64,000 bases of DNA. It comes from Laetmonice hystrix (taxonomy: Eukaryota). Below the pieces are notes generated by a model, which saw nothing but the letters and a program-made list of their open reading frames with translations, did no database searches and was not told the origin of the DNA. The stretch is from contig OZ249442.1 of assembly GCA_965235115.1 (NCBI GenBank), forward strand, positions 2,914,001 to 2,978,000, read 5' to 3'. A program made the position numbers and the translations under genes. Below are positions 49,372 through 61,919 of this stretch, piece after piece. The stretch's first letter is position 1; each line of letters opens with the position of its first letter.

Positions 49372-50902
49372 TGGCTGTCTGTGGGCAGGCAGTATTGTAA
49401 CCAGGGATATAATGTTACAAGCAGAGCTGAAGGGCCCACTAATTATAATATTAGTGGTTGGTTAAGATATAAGTTTACTGTCTGTGGGCAGGCAGTATCA
49501 TAACCAGGGATATAATATAACGAGCAGAGCTGCAGGGTCCACTAATTATATCAGTGGTTGGTTAAGATATAAGTTGACTGTCTGTGGGCAGGCAGTATCA
49601 TAACCAGGGATATAATATAACGAGCAGAGCTGCAGGGCCCACTAATTATAATATCAGTGGTTGGTTAAGATATAAGTTGACTGTCTGTGGGCAGGCAGTA
49701 TTGTAACCAGGGATATAATATAACGAGCAGAGCTGCAGGGCCCACTAATTATAATATCGGTGGTTGGTTAAGATATAAGTTGACTGTCTGTGGGCAGGCA
49801 GTATTATAACCAGGGATGTAATATAACGAGCAGAGCTGCAGGGCCCACTGATTATAATATCAGTGGTTGGTTAAGATATAAGTTTACTGTCTGTGGGCAG
49901 GCAGTATTATAACCAGGGATATAATATAACGAGCAGAGCTGCAGGGCCCACTAATTATAATATCAGTGGTTGGTTAAGATATAAGTTGACTGTCTGTGGG
50001 CAGGCAGTATTATAACCAGGGATATAACGAGCAGAGCTGGAGGGCCCACTAATTATAATATCAGTGGTTGGTTAAGATATAAGTTGACTGTCTGTGAGCA
50101 GGCAGTATTGTAACCAGGGATATAATGTTACAAGCAGAGCTGCAGGGCCCACTAATTATAATATCAGTGGTTGGTTAAGATATAAGTTCACTGTCTGTGG
50201 GCAGGCAGTATTATAACCAGGGATATAATATAACGAGCAGAGCTGGAGGGTCCACTAATTATATCAGTGGTTGGTTAAGATATAAGTTGACTGTCTGTGG
50301 GCAGGCAGTATTATAACCAGGGATATAATATAACGAGCAGAGCTGCAGGGTCCACTAATTATATCAGTGGTTGGTTAAGATATAAGTTTACTGTCTGTGG
50401 GCAGGCAGTATTATAACCAGGGATATAATATAACGAGCAGAGCTGCAGGGCCCACTAATTATAATATCAGTGGTTGGTTAAGATATAAGTTGACTGTCTG
50501 TGGGCAGGCAGTATTATAACCAGGGATATAATATAACGAGCAGAGCTGCAGGGCCCACTAATTATAATATCAGTGGTTGGTTAAGATATAAGTTGACTGT
50601 CTGTGGGCAGGCACTATTATAACCAGGGATATAATATAACGAGCAGAGCTGCAGGGCCCACTAATTATAATATCAGTGGTTGGTTAAGATATAAGTTTAC
50701 TGTCTGTGGGCAGGCAGTATTATAACCAGGGATATAATATAACGAGCAGAGCTGCAGGGTCCACTAATTATATCAGTGGTTGGTTAAGATATAAGTTTAC
50801 TGTCTGTGGGCAGGCAGTATTATAACCAGGGATATAATATAACGAGCAGAGCTGCAGGGTCCACTAACTATAATATCAGTGGACAGTGGTTGGTTAAGAT
50901 AC
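49372..50902. repeat. Minisatellite, 100-103-bp unit, about 15 copies, in CNOT10 intron
   Basis: GTTGGTTAAGATATAAGTTGACTGTCTGTGGGCAGGCAGTATTATAACCAGGG... (e.g. 49621, 49724). Confidence 0.96.
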
Positions 50903-51049
50903 TGAGGGATACCTTTTGGTCCTTGAGTTAACAGAGTAGGTATCTACAGTCTCAGAATAAGGAATAATTCACTAACCCTCTACCCTTTTTAAAACCTACT
51001 TGCCTTCTGTCTCACGTACTCACCATGTAGAGGAGACACTGTCTCATTG

Positions 51050-51432
51050 CAGGGCTTGCCAAATCGTCTGCCCGGACGCCCGGGACAACCACTTTGAAGT
51101 GCTGGGCTACCTGCACTTGTCTAGGTAAAACCCGGTGGGCAACTAACATTTGTAACAAGCAGACTGTCACTATTCTCATTGTACCAACCCGTCCAAGGTA
51201 TTTTCGCATTATACTCTGTGACTGTGTACCCATTCTGCCAATAAATAACAATCATAGCTGTCTAGCTGATTTTCGTCACCACTGAAGCACTACGGAAGTG
51301 CTCATTATGACGGGATGGTCAATGCCTTTTCGTGTCCAGCAATGTCGGGCCACCACCAGTCATTGTTGGGCAACCAGGTTGCAGTCCTTGGTAGCCCAAT
51401 GGGCAACCACCTTCCAAATTTGGCAAGCCCTG
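51050..51432. mobile_element. hAT-like MITE
   Basis: Perfect 15-bp TIR CAGGGCTTGCCAAAT / ATTTGGCAAGCCCTG; flanks CATTG / AATTG. Confidence 0.8.
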
Positions 51433-52409
51433 AATTGAAGATGGCTGTTTCAATAAAGGGAACGCCATTGCAAATTTAAATTCTGAATCTTTTAGTTCAT
51501 CAGAATTTATATCTACAAATAGGCTAACAATTTCTCCATAAAAATGGTAGAGTAACAGACGCGTCCTAATTATTGTGATATCTGCGGTCTGTTAGACATT
51601 GACTTGTAGGTATTGGTGGAATGATGCAAGGTGCTATATTTCTGCATGTTTTCCACAGTGTGAACTTATGTTTGGGATCTTGGTACCCTGGTACAATGAA
51701 CATTAGTTCACATTTAGTTGGGGTGTCCCAGTAAGCATGTTTCCCTCAGAAAATCTTTACAAGGAGACTCGGTAAATAAAGCAGTATGGTCTTGATATCT
51801 GGTGAGAACGAGTAGACCACTGTTATTTACAGAGGTGGGTTTGGCATGTGGTCCTCAGGGTCATCATATAACTTCCTCTTATGGACGAGTTCACGAAGAA
51901 ATAGTGGCCCAACGATTTTGAGGAAATACAGGTCTGCAGTGGTATTTGTTTGTGCTGTACTCTGGAATTTTAATCATCTCTTTTTTCTCGTGTGTGTAAC
52001 CTTTTTACTAAACCAACAATCTGGTGAATCTGGTGTGTTTGACTTTAAATTATATGCACAATTTCTGATAAAACTCATGAGGGTAGAAATTTTAGAATTT
52101 TTTGAAGGATTGAAATTTGAAAGGCATGTGGCCATTTTAATTTTAGACTTTACAGTCAAACTCATGCTATTAAGGAACCAGCTTCATATGTGATACACTG
52201 TTGTTCCTGGTAAAATTCTTCTTATATTATGAGAATATATCTGATTTAATGATATCCATGATTTACTGTTGACCATAAAAAAGATAGCAAGATCTGCCAG
52301 GCAAGTTTGCTGTTAGAAGTATGTGAATGCAAGTATAGAAGTACAATGTCTGTGTCAAGAAGTTTGTCTGGTGGCAGATTTTATATATGTATTGTGTTTA
52401 CTCCACCAG

Positions 52410-52471
52410 AGGAAGGATTGGCACGTAAGGGAATGTTTCTTCTGGTCGAACTCTACCTCTGCGTACATCAG
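52410..52471 (+). CDS. CNOT10: CNOT10 coding exon 3
   Basis: EEGLARKGMFLLVELYLCVHQ; CCAG| acceptor, |GTATGT donor; phase fits neighbours. Confidence 0.88.
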
Positions 52472-52829
52472 GTATGTACACAATCCTGGGGACAGTGGGC
52501 AAGTAAAAGTGACCGTACATCAGGTATGTACACAATGCTGGGGACAGTAGGCAAGTAAAAGTGACTGTTTCCCTCATTTGCGTGACAGATAATGACTTCC
52601 ATACAGACTATGAGATTCAAGTCTCTTGGGAGTGTGATAGGTCACCAACTGACCATTTGCAATCAGCTACAATCATCCAGTATACAGTCGACAGCCTAAA
52701 CCCTACGTCAAGGAGGGGAAACTGTACCTGTGTCATTACATCTGTCAGGGATGTTATCCCTGACAGACGGTATGAAGATGACGGTAGGAAGATGTTTGAC
52801 ATGTTGATTATTTTCCGTGTTGTTTTCAG

Positions 52830-53015
52830 CCAGAGAAAGCCATGGGTATGATTGCCTTGGCTGAGAAAGCTCTGTTTGGGAATGGCAAGTCACAGCTCCC
52901 AACCCCGGAGAAGGACAAGGAAGGTCCCAAGGAGAAGGAGATACCTAAGGACAAGGAAAACAAAGATCCACCAAGTGAAGGAGGCAATGATGTATGGAGG
53001 ACAAAGATCAGTCAG
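52830..53015 (+). CDS. CNOT10: CNOT10 coding exon 4
   Basis: PEKAMGMIALAEK...WRTKISQ; TTTCAG| and |GTACAG. Confidence 0.9.
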
Positions 53016-53464
53016 GTACAGTAGAGGGTTAGCCTCTCAAAGTGACAGCACCATTTGGGAGTAACAACGAAAAATACATCGTTATCCTTGCTAAGGCCAA
53101 TCAACAAAAATAAAAACTGGGTTTATGGTATTAAGATCATTTCAAAAGTGGTGCTGGGACACATTTTTAACAAAAAAAATAATTTTTTTTTTTTGCTGAC
53201 AGCTGACCAAAAACGTGAGCCTAAGTGAACCTATAAACAAGGACCATGACCTTGGTGGTGATCCCGTTGCAGTGTTAATGACGAAGACCAAAAAAAGCTA
53301 CTTTAAAATCCCCGCCAATCCCAAACAATTTGAAAGTCCTGGACTAGAATTATAGAGAATGATCCTGAATCTTTTACATTTCTTGTGAACATGATTATTT
53401 CAGTCCCAAGTTCAGGCTAAACATTGTTTAGATCTACACTAATACATTTGAATTGTTGTTGCAG

Positions 53465-53548
53465 TATAAGGCCCGCTGCTACATTATGCTTAAGTCGATC
53501 AAATCATGTAAGCGAGAAGTGAAAAGTCTGATGAGTATGGCTGGAATG
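53465..53548 (+). CDS. CNOT10: CNOT10 coding exon 5
   Basis: YKARCYIMLKSIKSCKREVKSLM, conserved CNOT10 motif; GCAG| and |GTAAGA. Confidence 0.95.
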
Positions 53549-53766
53549 GTAAGACTGAATCCATTATATATGTCAGACATTCATGTTATTTTCTTCATCA
53601 TGGTAGAGGATAAAATGTATCGTTGTTTCTATATAAAAAGTCTCTTTCACTGGGTACTGGGTGGCTCAGGGCCATTACTGAGAGATACATTTAAAAAACT
53701 GGTTAGAAACAAGCTGACTTTGAAGAAAAATGACAGATTGTTACAGAAAGTTTTGTTTGTTTTAAG

Positions 53767-54025
53767 ACTGCCCCAACAGTATACCTGAAGGCAAACTTTG
53801 AGTATCTCCGAGGGAATTACCGTAAGGCAGTGAAGGTACTGAACACAGCGACGACGCCAACACGACCCCCAGCAGAATCGGGCGAGGCCATACCTGTCAT
53901 GTACTACAATAACCTGGGTGTGATCCACTTTTACATGCGCAAACATCATCTCGGCGCGTTCTACTTCAGGAAAGCCATCCAGGAAAATGAAAGAGTGTGT
54001 AACGAATTCCATAAAGTGGACCCAG
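53767..54025 (+). CDS. CNOT10: CNOT10 coding exon 6
   Basis: YLKANFEYLRGNYRKAVKVLN...YNNLGVIHF...FYFRKAIQEN; |GTAAGA. Confidence 0.96.
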
Positions 54026-54161
54026 GTAAGAAATTATATCCAGTTTAACAAAAAAGTTCAAAGTGTATATTTAGAAGGAGGGAATTAGAGAATGAGTATA
54101 GATGATTCGAGAGAAGTTGTAGATATTATGTATAGAACAGAGAAAGTCCTTTATTTTGTAG

Positions 54162-54364
54162 CTAAGTCGCTGTCTGGACGTCCTATGGCCACATTATGTA
54201 TCAGCAAACATTATGAACTCCTCTACAACCTCGGCGTCCAACTGCTGCATTGTGGGAAGGCAGTGGCAGCATTTGATTGTCTCATTGAGACCGTACACGT
54301 GTTTCAAGTCAATCCTCGACTCTGGTTGAGACTGGCGGAATGCTGCGTCATGGCACACCGCGCT
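54162..54364 (+). CDS. CNOT10: CNOT10 coding exon 7
   Basis: [41 protein letters not shown]; |GTGAGT. Confidence 0.96.
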
Positions 54365-54389
54365 GTGAGTATCTACATCATTACAGCTG

Positions 54390-54902
54390 GTAAATCTACC
54401 ACAGTACCAGAGTAACAGCAAACCTTTCATGTTTCCGTAGTAAATCTACCACAGTACCAGAGTAACAGCAAACCTTTCATGTTTCTGTAGTAAATCTACC
54501 ACAGTACCAGAGTAACAGCAAACCTTTCATGGTTCAGTAGTAAATCTACCACAGTAGTAAATCTACCACAGTACCAGAGTAACAGCAAACCTTTCATGTT
54601 TCTGTAGTAAATCTACCACAGTACCAGAGTAACAGCAAACCTTTCATGTTTCTGTAGTAAATCTACCACAGTACCAGAGTAACAGCAAACCTTTCATGTT
54701 TCAGTAGTAAATCTACCACAGTACCAGAGTAACAGCAAACCTTTCATGTTTCAGTAGTAAATCTACCACAGTACCAGAGTAACAGCAAACCTTTCATGTT
54801 TCTGTAGTAAATCTACCACAGTACCAGAGTAACAGCAAACCTTTCATGTTTCTGTAGTAAATCTACCACAGTACCAGAGTAACAGCAAACCTTTCATGTT
54901 TC
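54390..54902. repeat. Minisatellite, 50-bp unit, about 10 copies
   Basis: GTAAATCTACCACAGTACCAGAGTAACAGCAAACCTTTCATGTTTCTGTA. Confidence 0.95.
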
Positions 54903-55042
54903 ACTTTCACAGGGACAGTATGAACCTTTCTTTGTGAACCTGTTGCTAGTTGTTAGGTATTTTGTCTAAATAAATACGCTTATTTGAATTGTATCTGAGA
55001 GTTATGAAGTCACTGTTGTTCCATTGTCAACTTGATTTACAG

Positions 55043-55158
55043 TCAAATGATGAAGATAGGACTTTGAGTCAGAAGATGAAAGTTGTTGCGGGATACGTTG
55101 GCTCGGGTGTTCATCGAAAACTCCTTCTAGGCACTGGAGTCTCCCAAAATACACTTAG
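55043..55158 (+). CDS. CNOT10: CNOT10 coding exon 8
   Basis: SNDEDR...VGSGVHRKLLL; TTACAG| and |GTGAGT. Confidence 0.9.
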
Positions 55159-55383
55159 GTGAGTCAGAGCTAGGTACGATACGTATCACGATACAAGACA
55201 AACGACAGGTATTCCCAGATATATCTTGACTCATGAGGTATCGTTTTGTATCAGTACTTTGACATTCATATCAATGTATCGTATTGGGCACAAAATATTG
55301 TGAAAGTTAGAAACAGCATGACCATGTTTGTTGTTTACAATTCCTCTACTGTTAGTAAGAGATGTGTGTGTGATGGTTGTTAG

Positions 55384-55515
55384 CTCCGAGTCGGCTGCCA
55401 TGCCAGGCTGTACGTTGGAGTTTGCCGCTTTGTGTCTCCGGAATGCCCTCATGTTACTACCTGAGGATCCGCTGGATGCAGTGCCACCTACTGGGGAAGA
55501 TCAGAACGAAAATAG
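55384..55515 (+). CDS. CNOT10: CNOT10 coding exon 9
   Basis: AAMPGCTLEFAALCLRNALMLLPE; |GTAAGA. Confidence 0.93.
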
Positions 55516-55905
55516 GTAAGACCTCAGTTATATAAGAGATATCATTAGGTTCAAGACTTTTGAAAAGTAGCATGCAAAGATAAAATTGATTATTGATGAA
55601 AATGATCTTAGATTGCTCGCTTTATATAGGGAATGAAGTAATGTTTTGAAACATTGTACTTATATTTAAGCTCTGTCGGCCCTCTCCAGTAACAGTATAA
55701 CAACTGATGTTAACTCGGTGTGTTTTTGAAAATCGTAGGCGAGATGTTTTTTAGCTCGTGAGTGTGAGGTGCTCTGTTTATCACACACTTCAAATTATTT
55801 TTGGTGCACGGTGCAGCGCAAACGCGATCACGCACCATAAAATACAGTCACTGTGCACTGATAGACGTCTGCTGTACATGTCTGATTTTATTACTTTAAC
55901 TCCAG

Positions 55906-55980
55906 AACTACGGGCGAGAATGTTCTCGTGTGTGCACCTCCGGGAAATCCTCTCAAGACATCGGATGTCTGTAACCTCAG
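55906..55980 (+). CDS. CNOT10: CNOT10 coding exon 10
   Basis: APPGNPLKTSDVCNLR resembles human PAPPSSPLRKQELENLK; phase 2 on both sides; donor GTGTGT is weak. Confidence 0.8.
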
Positions 55981-56017
55981 GTGTGTACTCATCCTTGTAT
56001 TGACACGTAAGCCTTGA

Positions 56018-56968
56018 GTATTGGTACTGTGTAATACTGACCTAGTATTGGTACTGTGTAATACTGACCTAGTATTGGTACTGTGTAATACTGACCTAGT
56101 ATTGGTACTGTGTAATACTGACCTAGTATTGGTACTGTGTAATACTGACCTAGTATTGGTACTGTGTAATACTGACCTAGTATTGGTACTGTGTAATACT
56201 GACCTAGTATTGGTACTGTGTAATACTGACCTAGTATTGGTACTGTGTAATACTGACCTAGTATTGGTACTGTGTAATACTGGTACTAGTATTGGTACTG
56301 TGTAATACTGGTACTAGTATTGGTACTGTGTAATACTGGTACTAGTATTGGTACTGTGTAATACTGGTACTAGTATTGGTACTGTGTAATACTGGTACTA
56401 GTATTGGTACTGTGTAATACTGGTACTAGTATTGGTACTGTGTAATACTGACCTAGTATTGGTACTGTGTAATACTGACCTAGTATTGGTACTGTGTAAT
56501 ACTGACCTAGTATTGGTACTGTGTAATACTGGTACTAGTATTGGTACTGTGTAATACTGGTACTAGTATTGGTACTGTGTAATACTGGTACTAGTATTGG
56601 TACTGTGTAATACTGGTACTAGTATTGGTACTGTGTAATACTGACCTAGTATTGGTACTGTGTAATACTGGTACTAGTATTGGTACTGTGTAATACTGGT
56701 ACTAGTATTGGTACTGTGTAATACTGACCTAGTATTGGTACTGTGTAATACTGGTACTAGTATTGGTACTGTGTAATACTGACCTAGTATTGGTACTGTG
56801 TAATACTGGTACTAGTATTGGTACTGTGTAATACTGGTACTAGTATTGGTACTGTGTAATACTGGTACTAGTATTGGTACTGTGTAATACTGGTACTAGT
56901 ATTGGTACTGTGTAATACTGGTCGAGTATTGGTACTCTGTAATACTGGTACTAGTATTGGTACTGTGT
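56018..56968. repeat. Minisatellite, 27/28-bp unit, about 34 copies, two variants
   Basis: GTATTGGTACTGTGTAATACT followed by GACCTA or GGTACTA. Confidence 0.96.
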
Positions 56969-56995
56969 AGTCAAAACAGTGAAGAGACTCTGTGA

Positions 56996-57840
56996 AAGTG
57001 TATTGCGTAGTGTGTTTAACTAGGACAGTGAGTCCAGCAGGATGTCCCGAGTTAGGGTGTGTTGTCCATGTACACGTAGTGTGTTTAACTAGGACAGTGA
57101 GTCTAGCAGGATGTCCCGAGTTAGGGTGTGTTGTCCATGTACACGTAGTGTGTTTAACTAGGACAGTGAGTCTAGCAGGATGTCCCGAGTTAGGGTGTGT
57201 TGTCCATGTACACGTAGTGTGTTTAACTAGGACAGTGAGTCTAGCAGGATGTCCCGAGTTAGGGTGTGTTGTACATGTACACGTAGTGTGTTTTTAACTA
57301 GGACAGTGAGTCCAGCAGGATGTCCCAAGTTAGGGTGTGTTGTACATGTACACATAGTGTGTTTAACTAGGACAGTGAGTCTAGCAGGATGTCCCGAGTT
57401 AGGGTGTGTTGTACATGTACACGTAGTGTGTTTAACTAGGACAGTGAGTCTAGCAGGATGTCCCGAGTTAGGGTGTGTTGTACATGTACACGTAGTGTGT
57501 TTAACTAGGACAGTGAGTCTAGCAGGATGTCCCGAGTTAGGGTGTGTTGTACATGTACACGTAGTGTGTGTTTAACTAGGACAGTGAGTCCAGCAGGATG
57601 TTCCGAGTTAGGCTGTGTTGTACATGTACACGTAGTGTGTGTTTAACTAGGACAGTGAGTCTAGCAGGATGTCCCGAGTTAGGGTGTGTTGTACATGTAC
57701 ACGTAGTGTGTGTTTAACTAGGACAGTGAGTCCAGCAGGATGTCCCGAGTTAGGGTGTGTTGTACATGTACACGTAGTGTGTGTTTAACTAGGACAGTGA
57801 GTCCAGCAGGATGTTCCGAGTTAGGCTGTGTTGTCCATGT
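56996..57840. repeat. Minisatellite, 69-71-bp unit, about 12 copies
   Basis: GTAGTGTGTTTAACTAGGACAGTGAGTCTAGCAGGATGTCCCGAGTTAGGGTGTGTTGTACATGTACAC. Confidence 0.95.
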
Positions 57841-57961
57841 ATATGATGACCGTATTGTTCCAACATTGCAGGTGTTCCATCCTAGCACTGAGTTCGCAGG
57901 ATGTTCCGAGTTAGGCTGTGTTGTCCATGTATATGATGACCGTATTGTTCCAACATTGCAG

Positions 57962-58075
57962 GTGTTCCATCCTAGCGCTGAGTTCGTATGTCGCTCTGAG
58001 TCTGAACGATTGTCTCGTAGGACTACAGCATGCAGAGAAGTTATTGAAACAACCACGGCTGTCCGGTGCACACAG
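57962..58075 (+). CDS. CNOT10: CNOT10 coding exon 11 (gene continues beyond; next exon not found in window)
   Basis: [31 protein letters not shown] matches human CSILACSAYVALALGD..LNHADKLLQQPKLSG; |GTGAGT. Confidence 0.93.
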
Positions 58076-59598
58076 GTGAGTCCATGGCTTCCACAGGTCT
58101 GGAAAACTGGGTTGGGAAAAATCCGGGAATTTCGTAAATCTTTACTCAAGTCAAGAAGCAATCTGGGGCGTGAGTGGGCCTGGCAGCTCCTGTCGAGGTT
58201 TGAGTACATCGCACCAGATGGCGCCAGTTGTTCAGTCTCCCCCCCCCCCCCCATTTTGGATTCCCATAACCCAGTCATCCACTAGCATTAACTATTGCGT
58301 TGATTCCAGACGTGTGTAGTATTCACCTACACAGCTTTAGGAAGATCGAATCAGAAATGACAAATTAATTAAATATTATTTGAACATTTCGACCACTTGG
58401 AATGATGATAAACTGGTAACGGTGGATCCGATGTTGTACTAAAAGTGTGTGAGATTGCCACCAGATGGCAGGTCAGGCGGGTCTGACCGACTATCGCCTG
58501 CCCGTGGTAAGGCGTGATCACAGCCGATTGATCGATGACGTCATGATTAACACACATCTATTTCTGTGAACGAGAACCCCCCCCCTCCCTAATTAAAATA
58601 TAAGTGTTTAAAAACAGGGAAACAAAAGAGGAAATCATGACGATGATGATAAATCAGAAAGTGTATTTTTCAGGCTTAAAGTTCTAGACTTTTTCTATAA
58701 ACTCTCGTTTCATGAAAATGCATTTTCCTAGCATAATCAAATAAAATTTAGTATATAAATTTTTAGAGATTTAAAGTGCACCTCGGTCATAGACTGAAAT
58801 TACCCCGATGCCAGGCTTGTGTCCCTCCATTTTAATGAAGATTCTGAGAGAACGCCGATGTGAAGTGTATCGAGGGAGCGGTCCGTAGTATCGTACTGCC
58901 GTTTGTTGTACTAGCGAACACCCTATCTGGGGCCTCATGATGGTGAGGAACCTCACCCATTTCCTGGCTTCTCCATGTACCGACTGGACCCACTGACCTA
59001 CTTAGTAGGTCAGAGCAGCCCCCCACCTCACACTCAGTGACCCTTCCCTCTCCAGGCCTGTCACAGGCAGTAAATTAATGGCCCTGCCGCCCGAGGGTCC
59101 CAGGTCCGCAGCTCTCCCAACTGCAGATGTTACCACTTCTGTGATTGGCTGGTTTTTCAGGCCACGCCCCATTTTTCCAGGCGGTACCAGGGGAAGTTCA
59201 TTCATCAGGTGCCCCATCACCCCGGCCATGCCTTATATGGGTGTGGGCACGGCGGGCCTACTACAGGGGAAGGGGGCACGATTTCCCAAGGCTAAGTATA
59301 TAAGCTGGACCATGGAGTTTGCAATGGATAGTATGATACCATGTGACCCTTGCGGACCTACAGCTGAGAACAAAAGCACTTTTTGACGAGGTTGAAATGG
59401 CACTGCAATGATTGACAAAATCAGAAATTAATGCTCAAAGTTTATGTGCGAGGTAGAGGGATGAGAAATTTAAATAGAAAGCCTTTGGGACGACCGGGCA
59501 TGGGCTCATGTGGACGATGAATTTGAAAACTTTGACTTGGATATTTGATTAGGAAGGTGAACATAGTCTGAATAGTCTGGATGATCATACCGTACTCA

Positions 59599-59749
59599 AG
59601 CAGCCCATCCACGTACAATATTATTGACTCAGTAATACTGAAACAATACTTGAAACACTGGTGCAGTGTTTCAATATGACAAGTAGACGGTCAATAATAT
59701 TGCAAAAACCTGAATATTGACCAATAATATTGTACGTGGATGGGCCGCT
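59599..59749. mobile_element. PIF/Harbinger-like MITE
   Basis: About 28-bp TIR AGC(A/G)GCCCATCCACGTACAATATTATTG with 3-bp duplication TCA on both sides. Confidence 0.75.
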
Positions 59750-61919
59750 TCAGGCTGGATGTCTGGGCAAGCAGAACTCTAGAAGGGAATGATTGGAGAT
59801 TTTTTCGCTGGTGAATGTGGTTTAGACTATTTATTGATTTTTTTATTTTATTTTATTTGATTAAAATTTGTATTAAATATCGGTATTATTTTATACGTTG
59901 AAATTCGCATGTTAATCTCAAATTTTTATAAAGGATATTGCTGCCTCATAGTTGAACAAAAGAGAATATCTTTGGCTAAAAAGTGGTTTAGTCCAGCTGA
60001 CACGTTGATGTCGGCACGCGTTTGCGGTCAGTTTAGTACTCAGCCAAAACAAAAACGTCATGATGTGTAAATAAACAAGAGCGAGCTGAGAACTTGGCAC
60101 CTGGCAGGTCTCATGTCATGTTAGCCAGATCTCTGTGACAACTTTTGTACTTCAAGATGGCGCAGCAATCTGTGGTTTACCACAGCAGTATTCTCTACAG
60201 GCCTGACTTTAGTTCACACAGTGCAGGATGCAGGTGCCCGGTAGTTTGGTCACCTCAGACCACGGCTGTGTACCGTAACGGCTCTTACATGTTGTTGAGA
60301 TACCAGTCTCGACAACGGCTGCAAGGTTACGCGTAACTGGTTCTGTGGTAATCAATATAAAGAAACAATAGGTCTCTCAACTCGAGCTCCAGTCAGCTGT
60401 GATTCCATGTCCGGGGCTTGGAGTGTGAACGCTGAATAACGCTGAGTGCATGTTGACCTCAGGATGGAACATGTTGTCGTGGTTTGAGTCTAGGTCAGAC
60501 GGTACAAAGGTTTTCACAGGCAAACCGTTGTTGTTGTCGTTAAAAACAGGGTTTACAAACTTCTGGAAAGTCCTGGAAAACCAGCAAGACTCATTGAAAC
60601 CCCTAGAAAATTCGTAAAATTCCTGGAATATTTAATCTCCTCATACAACTGTACCCTCCAATATAAACATGGTATATTTTACGTGGTAAGAGAGTTGACC
60701 TCAATGTAAGCAGCAATGAGTATACCTTAAAAATCTCTGTCAGTATTGAGACGATCTATTACCGTTTGATTCCACGCCCCAAGGCGCAGCTGCCGCTAGG
60801 ACCCGGCCAGACTCGTATATTAATATAATATGACATTTATGAGCAAAAACTAAAGAGTGGGAAGACTTTTAGCATAGCATGCTCGTACATCATAACAGTG
60901 CTATTATATACATGCCTAGTGTCGTAAAATGAAAAACTGAATAGAGGGTAACGATTTCACTTTAACTTAAAAAAAAAAATCATGGGTGTCTGACTCTCTT
61001 TGACACTGGTGCCTCGAGGCCGAACCCCAACTGAGCAACTTTTTGTTTCGCCTCTAGATAAAATAATCTTTTGAGGTTTTATACTAGTGGCTCAGCCTTT
61101 TGACCCGTTGTACGTTTACCGTTTTCACGATGGTAGTGAAGTTTCCCTTTGTTGTAAGGAAGGCCGAAATGAAATCGTTTAGTCAGTAAGATCACTGAAT
61201 TCTCGAGAAATTGTAGAAATTGATGCTTTAGGAGATCTTTTTAAGAAATGAAAAGAGAAAGTGAATTCCACAGTTGGTGTTTAAGGAGGTTTTTTTAGAG
61301 AAAGAATTCAGTTGTAGCATGCTGCTTACAAGCTAAATGAATATGATAGATTTATAATACCCCCTGGTGATGACTTTGGGGTGTAGGGTGTCAGGGGAGC
61401 CAGGAGAGGGGTAATAAAGGGAAGGGTGTAGAAGTTGTCGGGGTGGCAGCTGCCAGTCCGAGCTCCCATTGTCTTGTCGCGTGGAAGCGTCGGTCATCTG
61501 CCGAGTGGGGCTTCTAGACCCGGACAGGGGGCAGACATAAGGCAGTGGGCAGTTGGCCGGCGCTGGGGTCAACCCGGTGCTTGCTGGCCTTGTGGGAGGT
61601 CTGGCTTCCTTTTGTCTGGGCACGGGGTTACTAGCAACTGGGTCACTGACCAGCGGGCGGCTGGCCGGGCGGCTGGCCGGGCGGCTGGCCGGGCGGGGCC
61701 ACTGGACTCACTGGGAACGGTACCTCTCTCTGGTCAGTCGGGTCAGTTTAGTTAGCAGGTGATCAGTGTGGTCATAGTTGTCATGTCGACGTGCCTTGTC
61801 CGCGCCCCTGTATCATGGTGGGGTTGTCCTGCTGGTGTGCAGGCTGTCACAATGTATGGGGCTCCCTCCCCCACCCGTCACGTGGTCACAATATTAGGTA
61901 TTACGGTTTGGTTCGGTCT

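Noticed and set aside
57740-58285. 181-aa plus-strand ORF covering the CNOT10 exon 11 region
   Set aside because: Wrong frame; the CNOT10-homologous peptide is in another frame bounded by AG/GT.
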